Positions 27,184-40,720 of a stretch of 64,000 nucleotides of DNA are shown in pieces. The notes beneath the pieces were generated by a model, which saw nothing but the letters and a program-made list of their open reading frames with translations, did not search any database and was not told where the DNA came from. Each line of letters begins with the position of its first letter. Position 1 is the first letter of the stretch. Made by a program: the position numbers and the translations under genes. The stretch comes from the human T2T-CHM13v2.0 reference genome, Homo sapiens: the NCBI RefSeq assembly GCF_009914755.1, contig NC_060927.1. One strand, 5' to 3'.

Positions 27184-27527
27184 CAGTTATTGCCACATAA
27201 CATTACAGCTAATGACAGACCACATATATGCCAGTGGTCCCATAAGATTATAATACCATACTTTTACTGCACCTTTTCTATGTTGAGATATGTTTAGATA
27301 CACAAATACTTACCACTGTGTTACAACTGCCTACAGAATTCAGTACAGCAACATGCTGTTCAGATTTGTAACCTAGGAGCAATAGGCTTTACCAAATGGC
27401 CTAGTTGTATAGTGGGCTATGCCATCTAAGTTTGTTTAAGTACATGCTGTGATGTTAGCACAATGATGAAATTGTGTAATGACACATTTCTCAGCATGTA
27501 CTCCAATTGCTGAGAAACACACGATTG
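27184..27527. mobile_element. Tigger3a/MER7-type TcMar MITE
   Basis: 'gaccacatatatgccagtggtcccataagattataatacc' is typical of the family. TA duplication at 27182-83 and 27528-29. Confidence 0.88.
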
Positions 27528-28745
27528 TAATTCCATTGGGCTCACCCAAATAATCCAGGATAATTTCTCTATCTTAATGTCTGTACATTAAGATGTACAG
27601 ACTTTGTCACATCTGCAAGGTCTCTTTGGCCAGGTAAGATAAAACATCTTTACAGATCCCAGAGAGTAATATGTGGGCTTCTTTTGGAGCCATTATTCTG
27701 CCTCACACACCCAACTTGAGAAAATCTCATTGGCTTTATTTTTGTTAATCTTCATTTTAAAATTACCAAACTAAAATGTCAGGCTAGAAGAGGAAAAGAA
27801 ATATATGGAAAAATAACATTGACATTATCAACTATAGTCTGGAAAATGCATGTTTAATACTCTATCATTCCACATATATTTAGGATAAAACAATATAATT
27901 CCATTATTGATTGTAGTTATTATATAATCAATTTTAGTGTAAGAAATACAAATATCCACACTTCACAGTCAGCTCATGTGTCATTTGATCCACTGGCTGC
28001 CATGGAGATTGTTCATTTTAAGTAAATATTAGATAGCATATAGATCTGCATAAGATGACATGATGTGAATGGGCATGCATTCTGAAGTTTATTTTTTATT
28101 TCTTAAAGACATGTTATTTTCTTTTTATTTCTTTTTAAATCTGACCTATTACTATTCATATTTTACTTTATTCATATTTAATATTCATATTTTGCTTTAT
28201 TGAACTTTTAAAATGTTGCAATGATGTATATATTTTATTTACACATTCAAATATATGTACTAAGAAAGGAAAACTCGATTTCCTGCTTTTGATAAAATGG
28301 TTGAAATTAATATAAAGGCAAACAACCTTAGGCAATTTTTAGATAGATTATCTTAAGTGAATTAACATTATTTAGGTCCTGTAATCAAACTGAAACATGT
28401 ATTTTAAATATTACATACTTAATTGAATAGGTCCAAGCATTATATGTAGTTTTTCAATCTAAAACATTCAATGTTAATTTGATGGATGTATCAGATGTGA
28501 ACTGTGTATAAATTACAAAACAATCATTGTTTTATAGGTACATTATAGTAATTTATTGTCACTGCAGATATCTCTTGGTCATTGCCATATACCTTGAAGA
28601 GTGTACATTAGACAAGGTTAATTAGATCCTCTAAGTCGAGTTTTATTTGTTATTTAAAAATGCAAGTTAAATTAGCTTGAGTAGAAAGATCACTCAAAGA
28701 TCTCTGTAAAGGGAAAGGAAGAAGCTGGATCTTACAGACAGCTAG

Positions 28746-29096
<351 letters not shown>

Positions 29097-29442
29097 TTCT
29101 TTTCTCTTTATGTTAGCTTAGCTCGCTTGTCCTGCAGACTGGCTTCCTCTAGGATAGGACACATAGTTACTGAGCATACCTAAATTTTACCACCTTTGAC
29201 ACCCACCCATCTAAAAGATCTAATCTTCTTGTCTTAGTCCTAATTCATAAATATCCCAGGGAAAGAATCTGATTGGCTCTGCTTAGATCAGGTTCTTTAT
29301 TAACTAAGAGCATATAAAGGTAAAATAAGATTGGGGAGAATCTAGTAAGGAAAGTAGGTTTAGGGAGAAGTGATTGAATTGTTTTGAACTTTTGCTTTTG
29401 GAGATCATCTAAAAGGTGATATTCAATAAAAGGGTGGAAGGT

Positions 29443-29510
29443 AGATAGAAAGATAGATAGATGGATAGATACACAGATAGATGGACAGTGATAGATAGAT
29501 AAATAGACAG
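29443..29510. repeat. Degenerate (GATA)n tract
   Basis: Interrupted agat/ggat units. Confidence 0.75.
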
Positions 29511-29689
29511 TTTTCTCTAAGAAAAGACAACTATGGAAGTGGTGATGATTGAATAAAAGGGAGGAGATGAATAGTTCAGATAATGCAGGACAATTGCAGT
29601 GAATAAGACATTTCTAAGTCCTAGAAGGCAGGTTAGTAAGGAAGTTTTGTCTAGAATGCTTTTCCCATATAGCTCTGCATAACTGTAAA

Positions 29690-31512
29690 GTACAACATAT
29701 ACTAAAAGTACATAACAGATGAATGAATAAATTAAAAAGATGCATTAATGTAACTGTCACTAACATACAAAATTGAAATTTTAGGCATCCAAAGCTTCTT
29801 TGGTGTTCCTTTCTTGATCATACTCTGCACTAGAAGTAATCGTTATTTTGATGTCTATTGTAATCACCACTCTAAACCTTCTTTTTGAAAGATTCAAGAT
29901 TTATATATGAATATTAATATATTCTAGTTTTTCTCCTGTTTTCAAACTCTGTGTAAGTGGAATCATGATGTAAGTATTCTTTGTGTTTTACATTTTTATC
30001 TAGCATTATGTAAGATGTGCTGTGAGTAAATTTAACTTGTTACTTTTCATTGCTCTATAGTGTCCAATTGCATGAATATACCAAAATTTGTTTATTCATG
30101 CTACTGTTAATGGACTTGAGTTACTCTGTTTACATACATTTCTTCAGAGTGAACACAAGAACTGGAATAGCTGTGTTACAACATATAGGAAGGGGTTCTT
30201 TCACTTGACTTCATAGTGCCACACTGTTTTCCAAGGTGTTTGTGTCAAATACACTCTTACCAGGTACACATGACAGTTCCTGTTGCTCTACGTCTTTGCC
30301 AACATTTGATATGCTTGGGCTTTCGATTGTTTTTATCTGGTGGGTGTATAACATGTTTCATTATAATTTTAATTAACATTTCACTGATTTCAAATTAAAT
30401 TGAGCAGCTTTTCTTTTGTTTATGGGCCAATTGTATAAATTATTTTATGAAATGCAACATTGAAGTATTTTGCCCATCTATCTCATTTTCTGTTTTCTTC
30501 TTTTGGTTTGCAATTATTTATATATTATGGATACAAGTCTTTTGCATTTGCATTTGTTGCAAATGTTTTCTTCACTTTACTCTCTTAAAAATGTTTTTGA
30601 AAACAGGATTTATTTATTTTAATAAATTATAATTTATCAAATTTATTTTTTGGTTATTTTTATTTTGGGTTAGTTCGTGTACACACATGGGTGAGTGTGT
30701 TTTTAAAAAATCTTTCCCTATCCTAAGGTCAAGAAGGTACCTTTCACTATTGGTATATTGGCATTTGCTATGGTTTGAATGTATGTGTCTGTCCAAAATC
30801 CCTATGTTGAAATTTAATCATCATGATGATGATATTAGAAAGTGGGGCCTTTGAGAGATGATTAGGTGGCAAGGTTCCTGTCCTCATGAATAGTATTAGT
30901 GTTCTTATAAACTAGCTAGGTCCTTTTGCCATTTTATACTATCGTCATACAAGGACACAGTGTTTGAGCCCTCTGAAAGATGCAGAAACAAGGCTCCATC
31001 TTAGAAGAAGAGAGTTAACCCTTACCAGACAATACATTTGCTGGCACTTTGATCTTGGACTTCCCACCATCCAAAACTATGAGAAACAAATGTCTGTTAT
31101 TTATACATTACCCAGTCTAAAATATTTTGTTATAGCAGCACAGAAGGTTGAAGACAGGTATATAGCTAGAAAAGGGGAACCATAAAGTTTCCAGGAGATA
31201 ATTAAAAAGGAATATTTTTATGACCATGAAGTAGAAGATTTCTGAAAAAAAGGAATAAAAATATCTACAAGCTAAGTTGATTTTTATCTGGTGTATAATT
31301 TAATGTTGGAATCAAATTCTTTTTGTTGCATATAGATATCAAATTTTCATAATATAACTTATTAAAGACAATTCTTTTTCTACTGCTCTGCATACTATCT
31401 TTGTCACAGGAATTCTGTTCTCTTCTATTATTATATTTATCTAGTTTGTGATGATTACACACTCATTAAATTGAGAGTTGTTTGAGCAAGTTCTTCCATC
31501 TTCTTCTTCTTC
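29690..31512 (-). mobile_element. Old L1M 3' region, interrupted by an MST LTR and continuing beyond 35.9 kb
   Basis: 'taagtggaatcat', 'gttcctgttgctctacgtctttgccaaca', 'tttattaaagacaattcttttt'. Confidence 0.7.
30766..31156 (+). mobile_element. MSTC/D-like MaLR solo LTR
   Basis: 'tgctatggtttgaatgt..gtggggcctttgagagatgattagg..ttgatcttggacttccca..gttatagcagcac..aagaca'. Confidence 0.85.
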
Positions 31513-31519
31513 TTTGTGT

Positions 31520-34500
31520 CTCAGTTAAGCTAGAAAAAGCTCCATAAATGAAGGAGACATAAAAAGTCTTTCCTAGGTAGGCAAATGATGACAGCATTTG
31601 TCACTACTGGACTTGTGCTACAAGAAATGCTTAAAACAGTCTTAAACATGGAAATGAAAGGTCAATATTAGCCATCATAAAAACCCATAAAAGTATAAAT
31701 CTCACAGGTCTTATAAAACAATCACACAAAAGAGAAAGTGAAAGGAATCAAATGGGAACATAACAGAATTCCACCAGACCCAAACAACAAAGAGGAAAAG
31801 AAAGAAACAAAGAATTTATGAAACAATCAGATAAAAATTAACAATATGACAGGAACAAATCCTCACATATCAACATTAACCTTGAATATAAATGCAGTAA
31901 ATGCTCTACTTAAAAGAAATGGAATGGCAGAATAAATTTAAGAAGCATCGTCCAACTTTATTCTGCTTATAAGAAACTCACCAGACCTGGAAAACACCCA
32001 TGGACTGAAAATAAAAAGGCAGAAAAAGATATTCCTTGCAAATGGAAATCAAAAGCAAGTAAGAGTAGCTATACTTATAGCAGATAAAAGACTTTAAATC
32101 AAAAACAGCAAAAAGACAAGGTCATTGTGTAATGATAAAGAAATCAATTCACTAAGAGAACATAGCAATCCTAAATATATTTATACTCCAAACTGGAACA
32201 CCCAAATACATAAGACAAATATTACTAGACCCAAACAAAGAGATAGACAGCAATAAACAAATACTGGGAGGCTTTAACACCCCATTCACAGCACTAGACA
32301 TAATATTGAGACATAAAATCAACAAAGAAACATTGGACTTAAATTTGACTTTAGATCAAATGGACCCAACCAGACACAGAACATTCTTTCCAACAACTTC
32401 ATATTATATATTCTTCTCATCCACACATAGAACATTCTTCAAGATAGACCATATGTTAGGTCATAAGACAAGTCTTAATACAGTTTAAAAAATCAAAATC
32501 ATACCAAGTATCTTTTCATACTAGGTATAATCAAACTAGAAATCAGTACCAAGAGGACTTTTGGAAAACATTCAAATACATAGAAATTAGACGTCAAGCT
32601 CTTGAACAATTTTTGGGTCAATGATAACATTAAGACAGAAATTAAAATTTTTTTAAACTCATGAAAATGCAAACACAACATACTCAAACTTCTGAGATAC
32701 AGCAAAATCAGTGCTAAAAGGTAATTTTAAAGCATTAAAATGGCTACATCAAAAAAGTGGAAAGATTACAAATTAACAACCTAACATCACATCTGAAGAA
32801 ACTAGAAAAACAAGAACAAACCAAATCCCAAGTTAGCAGAAGAAAATAAATAACAGTGATTAGAGCAGAACCAAATAAAATTGAGGGAAAAAATACAAAG
32901 AATCACTGAAACAAAATGTTGGTTTTTTGAAAAGATAAACAAAATTGATAAATTGCTAGCTAGACTAACCAAGAAAAGAGGAAAGAAGATCCAAATTTAA
33001 AAAATTAGAAATAAAAAAAGACATTACAACTGATACTATAGAATACAAAAGAACATCAGAGACTACTATGAGCATCTCTATGCACAATACCTAGCAAACC
33101 TAGAGGAAATTGATCAATGTATGGATACATAAAACCTTCCATGATTGAACCAGAAAGAGATACAAATCTTGAACAGTGCAATAACCAGTAGCGAGATTAA
33201 ATTACTAATAAAAAAATCTCCCAATGATAAAAAAGCCTAAGACCAGATGCATTCACAGCTAAATTCTACCTAATATACAAAGAAAAACTAATACCAACCT
33301 TCCTGTTCTAAAAAATTAACAAAGAGGAAATTCTTCCTAACTCCATCTACAAGGGCAGTTTTACCTGATACCCAAACCAGACAAGGACACCACAAAAAAG
33401 AAAACTACAGACTAATATTTCTGATGGACATAGATGCAAAAATCCTCAACAAAATACTTGCAAACCAAATCAAACAGCACATCAAAAAGAAAATAAACCA
33501 TGTGGGTTTTACACCAGGGATGCAAGGATGGTTCAACATTTTCAAATCAATAAATGTGATACATTACAAAAAACAGAATTAAGGCTAAAACCCATTTGAT
33601 TATCCTAATAGATGCAGGAAAAGCATTTATTAAAATTCAGCATCCCTCTATTATAAAAACCCTCAACCAACTAAGCACAGAAGGAATATACCTCAAAATA
33701 ATAAAGGCCATCTATGAAAAACCCACTGCCAACATCATACTGAGTGGGGAAAAGTTGAAAGCTTTCCCTCTAAAAACTGGAAGACGTTTTAGAACTTCTT
33801 CTAAAGATGTTCACTTTCACCACTCCTTTTCAACATAGTACTGGGAGTCCTAGCCAAAGAAACAAGGCAAGAGAAAGAAACAAAGCAAAAAACCATCCAA
33901 ATTGGAAAAGAGGAAGTCAAATTATCCTCATTTGCTGAGATGTTGTATATAGAAAATGCTAATGCTTCCACAGGTTGACAAATGAATTCAGCAAAGTTTC
34001 CAGAATACAAAATCAACACACAAAAACAAGTAGTCTTTCTACACATCAATAATGATCAAGCTGAGAACCAGATTAGGAAGGCAATTCCATTAACAATAGC
34101 TAAAAAGAAAAAAAATCTTCAAATATATTTAGCCAAAATGGTGAAAGATTGCTGTAATAAAAACTATGAAACACTGATGAAATTGTAGATGACACAAATA
34201 GAAACTCATCTCACACTCATAGATCAGAAGAATTAATATTAAAATGACCATACTGCCCAAAGCAATCTACATATTTAATGCAATCCCTATCAAAATACCA
34301 ATGTCCTTTTTCACAGAATTAGAAAATAAATTCTAAAATTAATATGGAACCAACAAAGAGCCTTAACTACCAAAGTAATCTTAAGCAAAAAGAACAAAGG
34401 CAGAGGCATCACATTATCTGACTTTAAATTATACAAGAAGGCTACAATAACCAAAACTGCATGGTGCTGGTGTAAAAATAGACACACAGATCAATAGAAC

Positions 34501-35889
34501 AGAAAAGGGAACCCAAAAATGAAGCCACATACTTATAGCCAACTGATCTTTTATGATGTCAACAAAAACACACTAGAGAAAGGACACCCTTTTCAATAAA
34601 TAGTTTTGGAAAAATTGGATTGACATCTGGAGAAGAAGGAAATTAGACCCCTATCTCCCACCACATACAAAAATCAACTAACATGGACTACAGACTAAAA
34701 TGTAAGTCCTGAAACTATAAAATACTGAAAAAAAACATAGGGAAAATTCTTCTTGACACTAGTCTAGGCAAATAATTCATGACTAAGACCTCAAAAGCAT
34801 AAGCAAAAAAAAAAAAAAAAAAAATAGACAAATGGGACTTAAGCTAAAAAGCTTCTTCAGAGCAAACAAACAAACAAAACAAAACAAAAATCCCAATCAG
34901 TAGACTTAACAGACAACATGCAGAATGGGGGAAAATATTTGCAAACTATGCATCCAACAGTAGACTAATATCCAGAATTTACAAGGAACTTCACAACAAA
35001 TACTTGCCCCCGCCTGCCAAATGCTCCCATTAAAAAGTGCTCAAAGGACATGAATGGATATTTTTCAAAGGAAGACATATGAATGGCCAACAAGCACATG
35101 AAAAATGCAAATTAAAAACACAACAAAATATCTTGTTACACCAGTCAAAATCGCTATTACTAAAAAGAGAAAACACATGTTGGAGCAGATTCAGAGAAAT
35201 GGGAATGCTTTTCCACTGTTGGTAGGAATATAAATTAGTACAACCTCTATGGAAAACGATGTTGAGATTTCTTAAATAACAAAGAACAGAACTACCATTT
35301 GATCTAGCAACCCCACTACCGGGTATCTACCCCACCCCCCCCAAAAAAATCCTTACATTAAAAAGATATCTGCATCCATATATTTATCACAGCACTCTTC
35401 ACAATAGAAAAGATATGGAACCAACCTAAGTATCCATCATCCAATGATTCGATAAAAAAATGTTGTAAATATACACCATGAAATACTATTCAGCCATAAA
35501 AAAATCATGTATTTTGCAGCAACATTGGTGGCACTGAAGACCATTACCTTACGTGAAACATCTCAGAAACAGAAATACCGCATGTTCTTACTTATAAGTG
35601 GGAGCTAAATAATGTGTACACGTGGACACAGAATATGGAATGCTAGACACTGAGACTCAAAAGAGTGGAAATGGAGAATGGAAATAGGGAGGATGATAAG
35701 AAAATACTTAATGATTTTATTACATTATTACATTAATGTAATTTTAGTACATTATTACATTAATGTACTTAATGTAACAATGTACATTATTTGGGTGATG
35801 GATACACTGAAAGCTGACTTCCCCACTAGGCAATATATCCAGTAACAAAATTGCACTTGTACCCCTTAAATTTACACAAATAAAATAAA
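31520..35889 (+). mobile_element. 5'-truncated L1PB-like element (~4.4 kb), ORF1 end to 3'UTR, many disablements
   Basis: ORF2 start near 31846. Fragments 32306-32488, 33596-33838 ([23 protein letters not shown]) and 33982-34188. 3'UTR 'gtaacaaaattgcacttgtaccccttaaattt'. Confidence 0.93.
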
Positions 35890-35975
35890 GCATGTGCACA
35901 AAAAGAAGTGTATTGGCTATGCATGGTCTTTTCCATTTCCATGTACATTATTTTATTTTATTTTATTTATGTTTG

Positions 35976-36060
35976 TTATGTTATGTTATGTTATATTATG
36001 TTATGTTATGTTATGTTATGTTATGTTATGTTATGTTATGTTATGTTATGTTATGTTATG
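35976..36060. repeat. (TTATG)17 pentanucleotide repeat (one variant unit) in an Alu tail
   Basis: 13 perfect units at 35996-36060 and 3 at 35976-35990, with TTATA between. Confidence 0.95.
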
Positions 36061-36405
<345 letters not shown>

Positions 36406-36710
36406 TAACTGGGCTTGTATTGAATCTGTAAAACCACATGTGAAGAATTAACATAGTTTTCAACATTGAGTTAATCATGTATATAAATGGCCTATAAACA
36501 ATAGATATATGTCCATTTTCTCTTAAAATTCCATTTTCTGTTTGTGGCTAGCATATAAAAAGCATCATGTCTATTTATTACCTTTTTGTTTGGCAAATTT
36601 CTTAAATCTCTTATTAATTTTAGTAGCCTATGTACAGACTTTGTTGGATTTCCTACGTAAAAAATAAGAACTAAAAATAGAACTGTTTCTATAAAAATAA
36701 ACTATAAAAT

Positions 36711-36893
36711 GAGTCTCTATAAAAAATAAAAATTAGCTGGGCAGGTGCTGTGCACCTATAATCCTAGCTCCTTGGGAGCCTGAGACAGGAGAATACTTTG
36801 AGCCCAGCAGTTCCAGGCTGCAGTGGGTTATGACTGCACCACTGCATTCAAGCCTGAGCAACAGAACAAAACCCTGTCTCTGAAAAAATAAAA
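36711..36893 (+). mobile_element. 5'-truncated AluJ (right monomer)
   Basis: 'aattagctgggc..ttgagcccagcagttccaggctgcagtg..accctgtctct'. Confidence 0.85.
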
Positions 36894-38159
36894 TATAATC
36901 ATGTTAGCTGAGAATGATGACAATCTTGTTTGTTTCTCTCAATTCTTATGCCAATTATTTATTTGTCTTCTCTTACTGCACTGGTTGTGATATAATCAAA
37001 GTGTTGAATAGAAGTGAGAATGGAGAATGTGTTTGTTTTACTTCTAATCTTAAAGAAAATTTGCATTGTTTCACCACTTATTATGATGTTTGCTGTAGGT
37101 TTTTTTTACGTATTCCCCCCCACTAGTATTTTGAAGGTCTTTTCTATTTTGGCCTGCTATAAGTTTAAAAAAATTTTTTTTAAACCATAAACACATGGTG
37201 AATTTTACCAAGGCATTTTCTGTATCTATTAAAATGATTGTACAATTTTATTCTTTACTCTGTTTATGTGGTAAATTACATTGAATATCTAATGTTAAAT
37301 CAATTGTGCATTCTTGATATAAAACCTATTTGGTCATGATGAATTGTCATTTTTATATAATTATAGATTCGGTTTGTTAATATTTTATTTAGATGTTTTT
37401 TGCCAATTACGTATGTAAGTGAGATTAGCCTTTACTTTTTCTTTCATGTCCTGTCCTTGTCAAGGTTAGCTGGTCTCATAAAATGAATTGAGGTGTGTAA
37501 GTGTTTTTCTATTCTCTGGAGAAGTTTTATAGTTTGAATTACTGCCTTGAGTGCATGATATAATTTGTTAATGAGTTTTGCTTGGTGGGAAAATCAGTGA
37601 TCACAGATTTCATATCTTAAATTGGCTTCTTCCCAAATTTTCATAATTACTTAATTTCTGAATTAGTTCATTTCATTGGCATTCTCAAATTTATTGACAT
37701 TAAGCTACTTGTAATATCTTTCTACAATCATTTCAGTTATTCATAGAAATATTCCTTGGCCTCAGATTTTAGAGTTTTCCTGAAGAGAGAACTTTCATTT
37801 TTTTGACTTACTTCTCTAGGTTTTTGGGGTCTTCTATATTTTGGCCTGGTATTTCCTCATTCTTTTATTGATACTTTTAAGGGCATTTCAAAAAATTCTA
37901 TTCCTCCTTTTTTTTAGTTGTCCCCAGCAAGAAGCTTGGCCTGAGTTATTTCATCTACGTTTACTGAAATTATATATTCCTGTACTTCAGGTATTTTCTG
38001 AAAAGTCATCAGCCACTCTATCTGCATTTTCAACCCTTATCAATTTCATGTTCCCCTTCCATCCTTAATTTTTTTAATAGTTATTACTATCACACAAATA
38101 ATATATTTTACTTATTATGCTATTTATTGCTTATCTTCTTTGTTCCACACTTCAGACAT

Positions 38160-38794
<635 letters not shown>

Positions 38795-39584
38795 TCAATA
38801 CACTTCACCCTGAGGATCAGAAAACAGAGGCCCATTTATGGGAAAAATGTTATCCAGATGAAGTTCTTTGTGCATTCTGTATCTTTGCTCTTCCCTCACT
38901 CTTCTCTTTTGGGGAAAAATGTACTCTTCAAACTGGACTTCTAGGATTCCAAAATTTAGAGACTGTGGAAGGAGCAGGAAGAGCTTTTTCACAATCAACA
39001 TTAGATGTGAAATGCCTGGAAACTTGATCTTGTTACTGATCAGGGCTAGTGGTTTGGGTAAGAAGCCTATTGTCTTCACTAACTTTCAAATATCATAGGT
39101 GAACAAGAGCTCCAGATTCTATTTTCAAAAAATTCTCTGACCATCTATCTGAAGTTTTTCTTCTACTTGTATGGGTGACAAACATTTTTCAAATGTATTT
39201 GTACTAGATCTTTCAAATACAATTGAAATATCTTGTCAAATATGTACCTTTAGACATACCACTTTAATATAGGACATTCTAAGGCACACATTTGCAACAG
39301 TAACTTAAAATTTCACTGGAAATGCATGATCCACATTTATGTCTAGGGGCACTTACGATACACTTATCAAAAGAAACCACTCCAGGACAACGATAAAACA
39401 AACAGCAAGGCAGATGTGAGGGATAGGTATTTTCTAAGTTTTTTTTTTTAATGGCAGTAATACATTAAATATGAGACACGATTTAATCCAACCTATTCAT
39501 TTCTTTCCTTTTTAAAATAATATTCTCATTTAAAAAACTGCTATGAGTTCATCATTCCTACAATGCAGTAAACCCTTTCACTTT

Positions 39585-39906
<322 letters not shown>

Positions 39907-40209
39907 TGAGAGAGCACACTACACCGGGTCTTCTGAGCAGTAGACTTATTCTAAGCTTTGGTTGTCCTTTAGTTATTACCTCGTCTTCCATGACCTGTCC
40001 CACATAGCTCCCAGCTCCTGATGACTCTGCACTCGTGGTGTTTCTTGGGTGCTGCTGGCAAGACTGGGGCTCACTTTCACAATGACTTTTTACACCAGCA
40101 TTACATTCAATCCCTTTTGAGATAAGGGAGGTAGACCCAGGCAAATTGCAATTGGTTCAAAGTTATCTTCTGGATGTTTTAGGCCTTTTAGGCAAAGAAT
40201 ATTTTATTT

Positions 40210-40720
40210 TGTTTTATTCTTTCATTGTTTGTTTGGCATATGTGATATCCCAGGTGATATATTAGATATTGAAAATATAAAGATGAAATACTTTGTTCCA
40301 GCCCAGTGTGTTCCTGTTCCAGTTGAGGACACAGATACAGAATGACACATGCTATGACACATCAAAAGGGGATTTTACTCCAGGGTATGGACTAGGTCAG
40401 AGAAGGCAGCTGGAGGAGGAGCCATTTCAGGATGGGTTTTGAAGGCTGAGAAGGCATTTACAAGGCAAAAGAGGGTAAAGTTCTTCTAGAAAGATGAAAT
40501 GGCATGTGTAAAGATGAAATGGCAGGAAAGAGTAAGGACTTCAGTGGAGTGGGAAAGGACAGTAGGCAATGGATTTAAAAAAGAGTTTGGAGGTATATTT
40601 GGTAAAACTTGTTGTTCATGTGAATGTAAGGGTTGCCAGAAGGATATTACCAGAGATGACCTTGAGGTTTGAGATTCCAAGTTAATCAAGTTTGGACATA
40701 TTTAGTTCTGAACACGCTGA
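40210..40720 (-). mobile_element. L2 remnant
   Basis: 'aggtcagagaaggc..tggaggagg..gggttttgaaggctga', 'ttaatcaagtttggacat'. Confidence 0.55.

Larger units (their letters stand above)
26460..27710 (-). mobile_element. MLT1 (C/D/E-like) LTR split by MSTA and Tigger3a insertions
   Basis: Three collinear pieces: 'tttcctattgctgctataa', 'ccacaaacttagtgacttaa..ttttaaggactcatgt' and 'attgggctcacccaaataatccaggataat..attattctgcct'. Confidence 0.8.

Noticed and set aside
31165-31255. Sense L1-like piece mirroring 30705-30745 as a local inversion
   Set aside because: Similarity is only at the level expected between independent old L1 fragments.
40490-40524. Short duplications (15 bp here, 16 bp at 2104-2135, others near 5590 and 57440) as CRISPR-like repeats
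   Set aside because: Only two or three copies, no regular unique spacers, eukaryotic context. Ordinary slippage.
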